Made by a program: the position numbers and the translations under genes | Source of the DNA: Harriotta raleighana | Lineage: Eukaryota | Direction of reading: 5' to 3' | Assembly: GCA_050575255.1 (NCBI GenBank) | Contig: JBNZDD010013709.1 | Coordinates: 5,112,788-5,176,787 of the forward strand | DNA length: 64,000 nt | The notes under the pieces: model-generated | What the model saw: only the letters and a program-made list of their open reading frames with translations | What the model was told of the DNA's origin: nothing | Databases searched by the model: none | Shown: positions 36,415 to 49,278 of the stretch, one piece after another | Layout of the letters: each line of letters opens with the position of its first letter | How positions within the stretch are numbered: the stretch's first letter is position 1

Positions 36415-36862
36415 TGAGCCAAAGTGAGCCAGAGTCAAATGGTTGGCGGTTCAAAAATCCACTTTGGGACTTTGGCCTCACAGTCTCGGTTGATGTTTCA
36501 GTGTATTGATGGGTGAGCGCTGCATTGCTAGAAGTGCTGTCTTTCAGATGTGATGTTAAACTGAGGTTTTGTCTGTTTGTCCAGGTGAATGTTAAAGATC
36601 CCATGGTACTCCTCAGAAAGAGAAAGGAATTTCTCCTGGTGTCCTGGTTATTCACTTCATGGCTGTTGTCAAATTGGCTGACAAAGCTCCCTACAAATAC
36701 CCTGTCACTACACTCTACAGTAAATTCAGTCAAAGGCTTTGAGANGTCAAATTGGCTGACAAAGCTCCCTATAAATACCCTGTCACTACACTCTACAGTA
36801 AATTCAGTCAAAGGCTTTGAGAAGTTTCTACATTGTGTTAAGACACTATATCAAATGCAAGA
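36415..36862 (+). mobile_element. Full-length old DeuSINE (contains an assembly duplication)
   Basis: ccagagtcaaatggttggcggttcaaaaatccac...gctgcattg...gtctttcagatgtgatgttaaactgagg...gttaaagatcccatggtact...tttctcctggtgtcctgg...tatatcaaatgcaag. Confidence 0.85.
36668..36822. repeat. 77-bp tandem duplication around a single N (probable assembly artefact)
   Basis: 36668-36744 and 36746-36822 are identical except one C/T; N at 36745. Confidence 0.85.
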
Positions 36863-37332
36863 ATTAGTAGGTAATTAATTTTTACACCATCAATTACATT
36901 ATTGATTTTTTTAAAACATTGAACATATATTTCTTCAGTACATATAATTTATTTTTACTGGAGGATTACACATTTCCTGTATAAAAAATTCTGTTAAAGA
37001 AATACCACAAGTTAATTCCCATAAATAGATATTTTCTAGGTGGGGGATTTACACTCTCAGAAACTGAATAGCTGAACTCAATTGCAGTTAGGTGGTTTTC
37101 AAGTAAAAAGAAACAATCTGATGCCATGGTTCTTGAGCTGAAATGAAATAAAAAGTGGATTTGTCCCTCAAAGGAGTTTCCAGGCCGATTTCATTCCTAA
37201 AATGGTTAAGAGTAGTTGGATTCGGAAACCAAGTTTCAGAATTATAAGATACTGATTGTTGCAATTTTGTCCTTCTGCAATTCTTCTGAATGTACTCATT
37301 CTTGAGAGGCTCACCCACAAGTTTTGGTTCCT

Positions 37333-37700
37333 TATAATAATCCTCGCATTCAGTATAGCGCCTTATCATGTCAGAAGGAAGTATCAAAGTACTTTGCAGG
37401 ATTTACTGTGAAATGGATTAGGCAAACTCAGCAGCACAAGTGGGCACAGCAAGGTCCCACAAAACAGTCACGAAATGAACGATCAATTTTATTTCGGGGA
37501 TTGTTGGCAGGAACACTGGAAAAAACGCCTTTCTCTTTTCATATAGTGCTATGGGATCTAGAAACATCCACCTAAACTGGCACACAGTTTAAGATCTTAT
37601 CGGAAAGTCAAGGTATCCTACATACTGCACACCCCCAACCCTGCTTTGGGATGTCACCTTTGACGACATCAATTCAAATTCCGATGTGGGGCTTGCTCAT
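37333..37700 (-). mobile_element. Decayed DeuSINE
   Basis: ataataatcctcgcattcagtatagcgcc...gcacagcaaggtcccacaaaacag...atagtgctatgggatct..catccacct. Confidence 0.75.
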
Positions 37701-38149
37701 GTTCAAGTGTCTTTTCAATCCATTGGTATTGATTATCTCACATAATACATTAGATTGCTACAGCTTTCGTGACAGAACAAACAAATACATGTTTTCTACC
37801 CTCAGAGAGGCTTTTAATAAACTTAACAACATAAACACTTTCATTATGTATTTCCCTTGTCTCAGAGTATTTATCCAGAACTGATTTTCTGCTTTTCTCT
37901 CTGTTGCAGAAAGATTGAGGGGGGAGTGTTAGACCGGTTTCTGAAAAATCTAAAAAGAGTTTGGTGTTATTTGATGATAAGATAGATGTGTCAAAGGAAT
38001 AGCTTTGCTCAAACAAGGGTGAAAGTATGATAAAGGGCTAAACGTATATATTTTAGATAATGTCAAATTAACTGCATCATTGATTATCTGTCCTCTCTAA
38101 AAGCTCCTCACTCTAGCTATTATGTATGCTCTTTTGATATGATGAGCAT

Positions 38150-38250
38150 ATATTCGGAAAGGTATAGGAGATGGATTAGGAGAGATGTACAGTAGTATAA
38201 TCACCCAAAGTTGGACTGAATGGCCTTTCACTGTGCTATAACATTCTATG
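38150..38250 (+). mobile_element. CR1 tail
   Basis: gttggactgaatggcctttcactgtgctataacattctatg. Confidence 0.6.
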
Positions 38251-38884
38251 TAACCTCGGTAGGTTGTAAGGATTATCATAATAATTGTTGTTCAATTTTA
38301 CTGTTACAGTAAACTAAAGTGCTTAAAACACAGCCTTCAATTTCATGTTTCCATATTCATGCTGTAGAGTTGCATTAAATGCACACTCAGTAAACTGCAG
38401 AGCTGTGAAAGTGTAGAGCTGTGAAAGTGTGCCAGCAGCAAATGTTATATGTCCTGGCCTGATACAGTGAGGCTGAGCAAACTTTGACCCAACGAGAAGG
38501 CTGTAACTTATCACCTTCAGGGGCAGTGAAATCATCAATGCTCATAGAATGTAGACAGGATACTACATATCCTGATAAAATAGTAAATTATGCCTCGGTC
38601 CGACAGTAACTTCCTGTCTTCGGTTTCACAGAGTTTCTTGCATAAACCCTTCTTCCTGTCACATGCTGGAAAACTACAGGACAAAATTTGTGTCCATAAT
38701 GCAACAGAGGCTTCAGGATAATGATGCTGTACTCAGTGGTGGGAGAGTGCAGTACAAACTCAGCAAAAAACTAGGTGGAGTAATGGAAGACAAGAACCAA
38801 AATATCAGAACCCTAATCCTAACCCTAACCCTAAATTAGTCCTACAAGACAAAGCCTTACATGATCAAGTAACTAAAGAGCTGT

Positions 38885-39210
38885 TTACAATACAATACAA
38901 AATTACATACACTTTGGGGGGGACACCCCGAGGTACTGGACATTTAGGGATTTATACCCGAGCTGGAGTTAGGAATCGGGGAGAGTGGAGGGGATGGGAG
39001 GAAGGTGAATGTAGCCGCGGTTGAAAAGGAGGGCTTTCAGATGCACCTTGCAGGAAGTAAGGGAGGGAACGTAAGGCAAAGGGAACGTGGGATGTAGTTC
39101 CAAAGGGTGGGGGCAGAGAGGTTGAAGGCCCAACCGCTGATGGTAGGACTTGCTGGGCTGGGCGGGGGACATGGAGCAGGCCACAACCTGCTGAGCAGAG
39201 GGAGTGGACA
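38885..39210 (-). mobile_element. L2 3' end
   Basis: acaatacaatacaaaattaca...gttgaaaaggagggctttcag...gttccaaagggtgggggcagagaggttgaaggc...gggggacatggagcaggcc; minus frame AFNLSAPTLWNYIP. Confidence 0.85.
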
Positions 39211-39504
39211 GATTAATATGATCACCAACCTCAGAGTTTAGACAACTTAGAAAAATGACAGAGAACTTTAAAATCCCATTGAACAACTACATTCACAATC
39301 CATCTTTATCTATCAGTATTCTTGGCCTGAATATCTCTCTAATCACATATGGAATGCAAATGTCTTCCATTGCCTCAGTTTTCTCTTTTGTGCCAAATAT
39401 TGGTTTCACCCTCAGCAACTCTTAACTCTGAAGATCCACATTTGTCCTGCACTTGAATACTGCTACCATGTCTGAGGAATTTCTGTACCCGAGTTCTTGC
39501 ACTC

Positions 39505-39590
39505 CTATAATAAGAATAAGAATCCTTGCATTTGATGTAGCACCTTATCAAGTCTTTGCAATGCCTCAAAGTGCTTCAGGGAATATACTA
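39505..39590 (-). mobile_element. SINE tail
   Basis: aatccttgcatttgatgtagcaccttatc...gcctcaaagtgcttca. Confidence 0.75.
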
Positions 39591-40090
39591 TTCTTTTCTC
39601 CTTCATGTATTTATCGAATACTACCTTAAATACATTGATGTTTTCAGCTTTAACCACGGCGTTTGGCAGTGAGTTCCACATTCTCACCACCCTTTGCGTA
39701 AAGAGGTTCCTCTTAAACTCCTTTTTAGATTTACTACCTAATAATAAATCTCAAGCTGTCATATTTATGTCTTCGAGTTTTAGACTCACCAACTATTGGA
39801 AACAGCTTATCAATACTCACCTTATTGAATCTTTTCATAACCTTAAACACCTCTCAGCTTTAGCGATAAAGCTCAAATCTGTCTAATCTTTCTTGATAGA
39901 GGTATCTTCTAATCCTTGGTAATATCATCGTAAATCCATATTATGCTCTCTCCAATGCTACAATATACTCCATGGAATATGGTGACCACAACTGTATCCA
40001 GTACTCCAAATAGAGTCTTACCAAGGTTTTATATAAATGTAATAGCCCTACTTTATATTATATTCCTCTAGATTGAAAGCCAATGACTTT
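39591..40090 (-). mobile_element. CR1 ORF2 C-terminal fragment
   Basis: Minus frame VVRMWNSLPNAVVKAENINVFKVVFDKYMKEK; caactgtatccagtactcc encodes EYWIQL (EYCVQ-like motif). Confidence 0.85.
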
Positions 40091-40351
40091 GTTGCACAAT
40101 CTCCCACTTTAACTCATTTTTTTTCTCAGCTGCTCAAAAAATTTAGAGCAATTTATTCTCTTTGGTTTTCCCTTCCTCCTACAACTCTCACAAGTTTTAC
40201 ATTGCTCAACCTCACCTCGCCACTTTTCTTACTTATCTGGTTTCTTTGTTAGACTTCTTAACTTTAGTGGTAGAGTGCATGAATTAATCTTCGGTCTTTT
40301 GGGGGGGAAAAATAGCCATTGCAAAGAATAGATAGAGAATTAAAGAATTAT

Positions 40352-40687
40352 GGAGCTCCTGTTGCTCAGTGGTTAGAGCACTCGCCTTACATGCCTTACC
40401 AGCATGAGACCTGTGTTCGAATCCAGGCAGATCAGGGCGAAACCTTGGGCAAGTTTCCTTACTCCACATGCCTAATAATAGTCCCTCCAAAAAAACTACA
40501 ATAATAAAATTGGTCTTTTCAATCCATGACTGTTTGTGGGACACTGCTGTGCGCAATTGGCTGCCTCGTTTCACCCACAAATATACAGTCAATTCACTTT
40601 ACAGTATACTCTGTGAAGCGCTTTGGGACGTTGATAAGATGTGAAAAGCGCTATATCAAATGCAAGGATTATTATTATTATTATTAT
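40352..40687 (+). mobile_element. Full-length tRNA-derived SINE (short subfamily), low divergence
   Basis: A box ttgctcagtgg, B box gttcgaatcc, ccttgggcaagtttccttactcc, Deu segment, tail (ATT)n; internal gccttac(at) duplication. Confidence 0.93.
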
Positions 40688-40984
40688 CAGATAAATCCTT
40701 TGAATCATTCATTGGGCACAAATATTATACAGTCTAAAGAAATGTCAAGTGTGTTGAATTCATTCGTCACATCTGTCAGTCTTCACCCTGAACATTGTGG
40801 ACAAAATCTGATTTATCTCTTAAAACAGCAAATGTTAAATCATTACTTATGTGAAGAAATATATGAGCCTTTCAGCTCATTTCCACTTGGATCAAATGGT
40901 ATCAATCTCACCTCTGAAGCAGATAATTATGGGTTCAATAGACAAAGCTAACACTAGTGACACCTGGTAAAGCTGTACAATGGG

Positions 40985-41200
40985 GGGTGACGTCTTTCAG
41001 ATGCTAAACCAAGGTCCCATCTGCTTGTACAGGTAGTCCTTGATGATCCAATGAAACTGTTTCAAAAGCAAAGGAACTTTCTTCGAGTGTCCTGCTGAAC
41101 AATCCTGCAGATTAATTGATTATTCACTTCATGGTTATGATGCAAAACCGATCTGGGATCTTCACTCTGCATGTGGCTCAGCATTATATTGGGCAGCCAC
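40985..41200 (+). mobile_element. Decayed DeuSINE core
   Basis: gtctttcagatgctaaaccaaggtcccatctgc...gatccaatgaaactgtttcaaa...gtgtcctg. Confidence 0.55.
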
Positions 41201-42334
41201 CTTACCAACCGAGATATATTGTTCATTTTATCCCCATTGCAATATTTTCAGAAAACATTGCTGCATGTAGCCTTCTACATTATCCCTCAAGTGTAAAAGG
41301 AAGCATTGACCACGACATACAACTTTACATAAACATACTCACGTCACACCATTAGTATGTGGTAACAATACAAAAAAAAGCAGCAATATCTATAAAGAAG
41401 ACTGTGCTGTGTGCATATATTTGTAACAAATGTCAGAGGTCAGATGTGTGTGGCCTTACTAAACAGCCCTTAAAAGATACCAACATGTTCAGAGCCTAGC
41501 AACAATAAACGTCAGCTTGTACCACTGCACATCATTGATTACAAGTCATGCGTAACCTGTATATGTCAAACATGTACCTTCCAAACCCTCAACACTTGGA
41601 AAGATCAGACGCATAACTGTCCATTAATTATTTTCATCATCATCAGTTTTCTTAAGATAAATCTAGGGCCTTGATGACATTGTTCTATCAGTATTGTGAC
41701 TCATGCTTTAATCCAGCCTAGACAGCTGTGATGAATGTCCTCTATCACTGAAGGACGTTAAAGGTTCGTAGCCAAATAGTTTTGGCAGTTTTAAGATGGT
41801 TCACTATTGAACAGGATTCCGCTAAACAAAGTGATCTTCAAGCTGATGTATGTTCAGAGTTGGAAAGGGCAATTTCAGGACAGACACCAGGAAGATTTTC
41901 TTTTCCCAAGAGATAATTAATGATTGCAAGAATGCCATGAAGATTGGTTGAACACTGTTGAAACCCACAAAGGACTATGCTTCTACCACATTACTTGTCA
42001 GAACATTTAGCATCCTAACAACTCTCTGGTGAAAAATCTTCTCTTTGCTCTCTCTCTCTCTCATCATAGCTATGTCCTCTAATCACTAACTACCCTACAG
42101 AGGAAATATCTTCTCCCTATGTATCCTATCAAAACGTTTCATAATCTTGTGCACCTGTGGAACTCTCATATACAGTACATATGTTGAACTAATGTAATAA
42201 GTAATAATGTAATAACTAATAATAGAATAAATAATGATTTAAGTGCACAGTGCATATTTCACTATCTCTCTAAAAATGTTTATGAAATCTTAGTACAGCA
42301 AACTTTACATTGATAGAATTGCTAATATTAAAAA

Positions 42335-42455
42335 AACTTGCATTTGTTACGCTTTATCACGTCATTGAGACATCTCAAAGTGCTTCACAGAACATACTAT
42401 AAAGTGTAGTGACTGTGAATTTTGTGGGTGAAACACGGCAGCCAATTGCCCACAG
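42335..42455 (-). mobile_element. SINE 3' half
   Basis: cttgcatttgttacgctttatcacgtcattgagacatctcaaagtgcttcacag...ggcagccaattgcccacag. Confidence 0.8.
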
Positions 42456-42944
42456 TATCACTCTTGTACTGCTCTTATAGATTCACAACATTTCACAATG
42501 TTACAGCCATTCATCACATCAGTTCTGTCAGATGATTTCACTTCACCTGAGTCACCCTAATCTATTCCCACTCTTCGGCTCGTTCACTATAACTTTTAGC
42601 ATACTGCTTTTCAAATCTTTATCTCTTTCAAAAGAATTTATGGACTCTGCCTCAACAGCAGTGTGTGCAGAGGATTCCACATTCCATCCATCCTCTGTGT
42701 GAAGAGATTATTTTGTGAGAGTTAATTATAATTATACATGATACATTTTTAAGCAAATCACAATTTTAACATATTTGCACCACGTAATTCATTACAGTGT
42801 GATTATGGATGCAAAATAGATATATTTTTCAGTAATAAAATACATATGTACTGTTCATTGCACACTTTTATTATAAGTATTATTTTATCTACATTCCACA
42901 AAATCTGTAGCAACACACATACAGATCAATGTCACATGGTGTGG

Positions 42945-43328
42945 ACCCAAAATCCTGGTCCACACTTTTAAAGACCTCCACAAACTCGCTCCACCCTACA
43001 TCCGTGACCTTCTAACCCCTTAACAACCTGCCCGCCGCCTCCGCTTAGCAGGCGCTGGCCTTCTCCACGTCCCCTGACCCATCCACCCCACCATTGTGAG
43101 CCTTAAGCCACTCTGCCCCCAACCTATGGAATTGCATCCCGCAGTCCCTCTGCCTCGCCCCATCCCTGGCTCCTTCAAGTCCCACCTCAAGACTCTCCTC
43201 TTCGAGTGGTCCTATCGGAAACTCCTAATCCCCCTTTTCCCTCACTCCCAACCCTCCCCCATCCCTAGCTTGGGTCTGAAACAGTGTCCTCCTGACATAA
43301 CAGGAACTATACAAGTGTAATTTTGTTA
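42945..43328 (+). mobile_element. L2 3' end
   Basis: caaaatcctggtccacacttttaaagacctccac...tccttcaagtcccacctcaagactctcctcttcga...gcttgggtctgaaac...aagtgtaattttgtt. Confidence 0.88.
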
Positions 43329-43497
43329 AAGTAAATCCCCTCAGATAACATTCAGTCCAAATTCATTTGCTCCCAGAAAAAATCGTGGCATAGCTGTACA
43401 AATAATTCAGACATATCTCATTACATATCTAAAGGTCAATATCTTGGTGCCTCAGGAATAAGGTGAAGATGGGAAGGAATAATTAAGGGGAAGATGT

Positions 43498-43902
43498 GGA
43501 GTCTTGTAGCTTAGTGGTTAGCCAACCAACTTGCAAGTGAGAGGACCTGGGTTTGATTCCGGCCATGGTGAAATGTTGGGCAAGTTTCCTACTCCATGTG
43601 TCTCTGTTTACCCAGCAGTAAGCAGGAACCTTGCTATCAGTCGATTGGCGGACCTGTATTCCGGGGGTAATAATCCCTTCAAAATAATAATAATAATGGT
43701 TTGTTCACTCAATCCACAATTATTAGTGGGACACTGCTATGCGCAATTGGCTGCCACATTTTGCCCACAAAATATACAGTCAATTCACTTTACAGTATAT
43801 TCACCTTACAGTACATTCTGTGAAGCACTTTGAGACATCTCAAAAACTTGCTGAATAAGGTGCTATATCAAATGGCATGATTATTATTATTATCATTATT
43901 AT
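43498..43902 (+). mobile_element. tRNA-derived SINE, long subfamily
   Basis: ggagtcttgtagcttagtgg...gggtttgattcc...ttgggcaagtttcctactccatgtgtctctgtttacccagcagtaagcaggaacc...gtcgattggcgga...Deu segment...tail. Confidence 0.9.
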
Positions 43903-43994
43903 TTGAAAGAAATGGAGCAATGGGTAGGAGGTGATATTGCTGGGACAATGAAACATTTTCTAGTATATAACCACTCAAAGAATCATAGACTACT

Positions 43995-44392
43995 TACAAC
44001 AACAAAATTACATTTTCACATTGGGAGGATGTTCCAAGGCACTGGAAAGTCAGTGATTCTGACCCGAGGTGAGTTTGAGATCGGGAAGAGTGGATGGAAG
44101 GGTGGGGAATGCGGGGTGACCATCGGCACGGTTGAAAAAGAGGGTCTTGAGGCAGGACCTGAAGGAGGTTAGGGAGGTGGTGAGGCAGAGGAATAGAATT
44201 CTAAAGATTGGGGGTAGAGTGACTGAAGGCTTGCCTGCTAATGGTGGGAGACATGGTGCAGGCTGGAGTCCACTGAGCAGAGAGAAAGAATAGGTTAGTA
44301 GGAGTTTAAGAGGTCACAGAGGTAATATGGGTCAGAGCCATGGAGACCCTTGAAGGTGATGACTAGGATCCTGAATTAAATCCTCTGCATGC
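43995..44392 (-). mobile_element. L2 3' end
   Basis: acaacaacaaaattaca...ccaaggcactgg...ttgaaaaagagggtcttgaggcaggacctgaagga...ggatcctgaattaaatcctctg. Confidence 0.85.
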
Positions 44393-45331
44393 TTACAGCA
44401 CATAAGGAGACCATTCAGTGCATGCTAGCTATTCACCTGAATAGTCTACTCTTTTCACAACTTTTGCTTTTCCCTGATACTCTTTAATGTTATTATTAGT
44501 GGTTTAGACACTGTTTGGACTGCCATGTATAGTGAAGCCTGTTGGCAACCCTCTCCACAAATAAATCTTGTTGTGATAATCCTCAATTTAAGATGCCCTG
44601 TTCCCAACTCATCAATCAGTTGGCGCTCGTCCTTCTCTCTTTCTTTGATGCCCATCATAATTCATAATTTTACAAACATCTGCGAGATTCCCTCCCCCCA
44701 CTACCAAATGCTTACATTTGTAGGGAAACTATTGACTGCACCACTCCAAATCCTTTTCACAGTGAGATTATGTACCTGCTGATATACCAATCTATGTAAC
44801 TTCATTGCAAATGCTTAATCGGGGAGGATAGCTCTTATAAATCTGCTGAATGTACTAATACTCCGTACAACAAACTCCTGCACATACCTAAGTGACTCCT
44901 TTGAATCCTCCTTGTGCAGGACTCACAGTGGCAATTTGTTTGTGGAATTATCGAGCTCTTGTTAACATTGTATTCAATCGCAAAGAATAACCCTTTACAA
45001 GATCCTTGCAATTCTCGTTCCTTCCCAAAGTTCTACATCATGCAGTCAATAGTTTCCCTACAAATGTAAGCAGCAGTAAAGAAACCTCCTGGTATTTTTA
45101 TTAGGTTATGGTTATGATAATTTTGTTTGCATTTCCAGCTTTTTCCATGTCAAAACATACAATACATTTCATGCACAAAATTGAATAATATTTACTTTGC
45201 ATTGAATACTTTTTAAAATAAATAGACGTTTATCGTGCTTTACGCCCTTTTCCCTTGATGCCAGAAAACTGGTTGCCATGTCGAAATAAAACAAAATACA
45301 CATTGTGGGTTGGATTTCTGTAGCTCAGTCA

Positions 45332-45631
45332 GGAGTCCTTTAGCTGAATGGTTGGAGCACTCGCCTCACAAACGAGAGACCTGGGTTTGATTCCCGGCAC
45401 GGCGAAATCTTGGGCAAGTTTCCTTAATCCACACTCCTAATAATAATCCCTCAAAAAAACCAATAAAAAATTGGTCATTTCAATCAATGACTGTTTGTGA
45501 GACACTGCTGTGCGCAATCGGCTGCCAAGTTTCGCCTAAAATATACGGTCAATTTGAGTTACAGTATATTGTATGAAGCGTTTTGAGATGTCTAAAAAGC
45601 ACCATATCAAATGCAAGGGTTATTATTATTA
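45332..45631 (+). mobile_element. Full-length tRNA-derived SINE (short subfamily)
   Basis: ggagtcctttagctgaatggttggagcactcgcctcacaaacgagagacctgggtttgattcccggc...tail; preceded by a second partial head ggatttctgtagctcagt (45312). Confidence 0.92.
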
Positions 45632-46049
45632 TGCGAGTTTTAATGTACTGGAAGTTTGCATTTTCATATTAGGGACTGATGTTGAGGCTTGTATGTGCGA
45701 CTGTAGCTGAAGGACTGATTCAGCTCAGGTTTGAAGAATGTTTGGGTGAGGTACATGAGGGTTCCCCAGCGGTAATGTATTCCCCTGTGGTAATGTATCT
45801 AATGTCTTCAGGATGGAAAGATGGAAAGAAACACTTAAAGGAAATACGGTAATATCCAAAGTAAATGTAATGCACTCAAAAAACATTGGCCTGTTAACCA
45901 AATGAAGACAAAGAAAATCATTAATTATTCACATCAAATATCTTACTATCCACTTATTAACATATATTATTAAAAACACTTAGCATTCCTCCAATACTAC
46001 ACTGCAGTGTCAAGCTAGAGTTTCAGCTCACAGACTGACATCCCAATGC

Positions 46050-46362
46050 AGTCAGTATTTGTGGAAGTGTTGCATTGTCCTTAAACTGAACAGATTGCTT
46101 CCCTGTTCAGGTAGGAATGAAAGATTCCACAAGACCCATCGGAAAGAATAGGGAGTTTCTCCTGGTGTCCAGGCCAACAATCCACAGGAATAAATTAATC
46201 ATTCATTTGATGACTGTTTGTAGAACCTGCTTTGCACAAATTGACTGTGACATTTGCTGCAAATACACTGCACTGTACTTGACTGAAATTACCTGCCAAG
46301 TGCTTTGAAACATTTAACATTTGGATGTGACAGGCACTCTACCAAATACAAGGATTATTATA
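46050..46362 (+). mobile_element. Decayed DeuSINE
   Basis: gtgttgcattgtcc...ccctgttcaggtaggaatgaaagattcc...gggagtttctcctggtgtccaggccaac...aagtgctttg...aaggattatta. Confidence 0.7.
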
Positions 46363-46761
46363 TCATTTTGTACTTAAGTTGTTTCGTACAGTTACTTTGT
46401 ACGATTTAACTTAGCAACTATAATTAGGCAGTGTCTGAAGAATCTGCTTTGGAGTGCTCGTGGAATATAAATTTAATTTCTACTCCCACTGTATCTTGAC
46501 AGATTGAAACAATTCTACGGTGCCTGTGTTTCCCTTCTGCTCCTAATATCACACCAAATAAATCACAAAATAGATCATACATTCAGGCCAGGATTTCTAC
46601 TGTCACCAATATCAACAGCGTTTTGATATTAATGTTGATTGACTGGGGATAAGTCGCAATAAGATTTCCACCTTGTATGGTTCACCGTTCGATAGCAGAG
46701 TAAGATTAGGCAATACCATACAAATAGTGAAAACTCACATGTTCTTCAGTACTTTAAGTGT

Positions 46762-46962
46762 ACAACAACAACAAAATTACAATTGTATGGTGCCTTTCAT
46801 GACGGGAAGACGTACCAAGGCCCTGGACAGACGGTGCTTCAGACCTGAGGCAGGGTCAGGATCGGGGAGGGTGGAGGGAAGGGAGGGGAGGTTGTTGGGG
46901 GGGTTGGTGGTTGACCAATGGCACGAAAAGGAGCGTCTTGAGATGGGACTTGAAGGAGGCCA
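46762..46962 (-). mobile_element. L2 3' end
   Basis: acaacaacaacaaaattacaattgtatggtgcctttcatgacgggaagacgtaccaaggccctgg...cttgagatgggacttgaaggag. Confidence 0.85.
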
Positions 46963-49229
46963 GCACTTTTCCAGGCTATCAAAGGGTCGGAAAAGATTGA
47001 TTAAAATATAAGTTTTATTCAGGCTGAATTCTATTTTTTGTTTTAATTTTGTTTTAATTCTTGCATTCGAAACTGGGTCAGTAGCTTGGGTCTGCTTATC
47101 GAATGGTGTTGTCTGTGCAAATAATACCATGCCTCCCAGGACGTGATACATATGCAGTAGTTAGCTTTTGAGAACTTTATCACACACGTTTCAGATCCTC
47201 ATTTCCACATCCCTGAGCGATTCTGCGGTTTCACGCTTCAGTTTGGTTTGGATTCTCTTAAACTTAGTGATGGGTTTCTGCATGTGTCAGACACTCAACT
47301 GACCCTCAGATAAACAATGCTACAACGCATCATTGCTTTATCTCTCTCTTTCTCTCTGTTAAGTGCATAATAACTGGGTTATCACAAGCTTCATTGACAC
47401 AGCGTGTTCGCAGATAACGGTGCAAGGGAGCACATTTAACGTTATTTCATGGTGTTAATCGCTCTATTGTACATTAATACCTTGTTCAGAGAGAATCTCC
47501 CGTTCGCTGTTTTTCTGTTAACTTTAGTTTATATTTTTAAAAAACACAAAAATAATAAACTGTTTTTCTGATATCCACGTGAAACCAAAACTTTTTCTTT
47601 GCAATTTACTTTCAGGGGGATTGGCATCTATGCGTCTTACCTGCCAGAACACCTGTATGCGGTTAAGGGAAACATCTGTATCAGGTTAAGATGTTTTCTG
47701 AGATGTGGAGTACCTGGAATAACTCCCAACTCGTAGAGCCCTGAGTTTAGTCAGAAGTACAGTGCCTCAAACAGATTAAAAACTATCACAGACATGGAGA
47801 CAGTGGGGGGAAATACACCCAATTACTTGCAAAAGTCAATCCAATAACAGCACAACAATAAGATTCTGTACAACTAACAGGGAGGTGAGTTAGTTCACAG
47901 GAAAACAACAAGTCTCAGGCAATGGGTGGAAAGAGGCAATGCGATTACACTCTGTAACGTTCAGTTAACGTGACACAGTGACTGACTGACTGATTGACAC
48001 ACAAGTCAACGATCATCAGCTGTGAACGATTCCCGCTTTGGCAGGTGAGGCCACCTTCTACTGGGAGAGAGCAAAGCGTCGTATCTTTCTACCATAGGAA
48101 AGTACCAGTCAAGTTAGTGTCCCACATCGCTGCAAGCCATTGCTCAAATTTATCCCAGCAGCACTTTCCAATCAAATATTTGAAGCAAAATACATTTGCC
48201 ATCCCAATTCATTTCAGGGAATATCAGTCATGGTCCCCCCACCCTTTTTGTTAGCTGTTTGCTAGAAATGGGTTTTGTTTCAAATAAAAATACACAAGGA
48301 AAACTTGAAGTTGGAGCTAGGATCAAACACTGGGAGACAAGAGTGATTTTAATGGTGTGAAAACGATGGTTAATTCCTGCCGAATGACAGCGAGGGACAT
48401 TGTTTGGAAAACCTACAACACTTTGTTGCTCTTCCTGCCAAGTATCCATGTTCAGTGGGAATACAGGGTACAGTTTCCATGGCTGTGGTTGATATCCATC
48501 GCCGCTGCATCTTGTGTAAAAGTCCCTTGTAATGCATCATATTGGTACTGCCTGAAATGGATCTTATGTTACATTCACACAATCCGGATGTGAGTTAACC
48601 TGTCTCTAATGGGGATTGGGCAAAAGACATCTTATTCCCAAACTGGTAATAGATGTGTGGTAACTTTGGGTGGAGGTGGAGAGGAGAGAGGGGCCAGTCT
48701 TACTCTTCCTCCTCCTCCTCTTCTCTCAAAGATACTGACCAGTGTTAATCGCTCCTTGAGTCGTTGAACAAGTGATATTTTTCTGTGTGTGTGTTTGTAT
48801 GTGTATGAGACTGGGTAGGCATTGGGTAGCCATGCCTCAATGTTACTCGATTAGAAACCTCTCTTAGAGTCGCCTCGCTACCCCACAAGGTCTCTCTCCC
48901 CCCTGCCCCCACCACCCCCCATCATTCACAAGGAAGAATGTAAAACAAACCAGTCATTTCTCGCTAATAGAAATATTGCTATGAATGGCCAATGTAGATA
49001 TGTTTCAGCTTTGCTCAAACAAGAGCAGTGTTCACCCGTTTACAATTACTGCCTGAAACTACAGGTCACTTGTTGTCTAACCTGATTTGTTTTAAGAAAA
49101 AAAAATCTGGATTCTTTATAGTTTTATTAAACACTTGGGAATGTAAGGGAGAGCGTTTCGTTGATGGCAATCTATTTGGGTTTTTTGTTAAGGTTACATA
49201 CAAAAGAATGAGTGATTTGTATCTGTGAA

Positions 49230-49278
49230 TAATAATAACATTAATAATAGTAATAATAACATTAATAATAGTAATAAT
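49230..49278. repeat. 21-bp tandem repeat, ~2.3 copies
   Basis: TAATAATAACATTAATAATAG x2 plus a partial copy. Confidence 0.85.

Noticed and set aside
36668-36822. 77-bp tandem duplication producing repeated ORF peptides
   Set aside because: Copies abut a single N and differ by one base, typical of overlapping contig ends or haplotypes
38809-38834. Telomere-like (CCCTAA)n
   Set aside because: Only about 4 imperfect units; too short to call an interstitial telomere or fusion site
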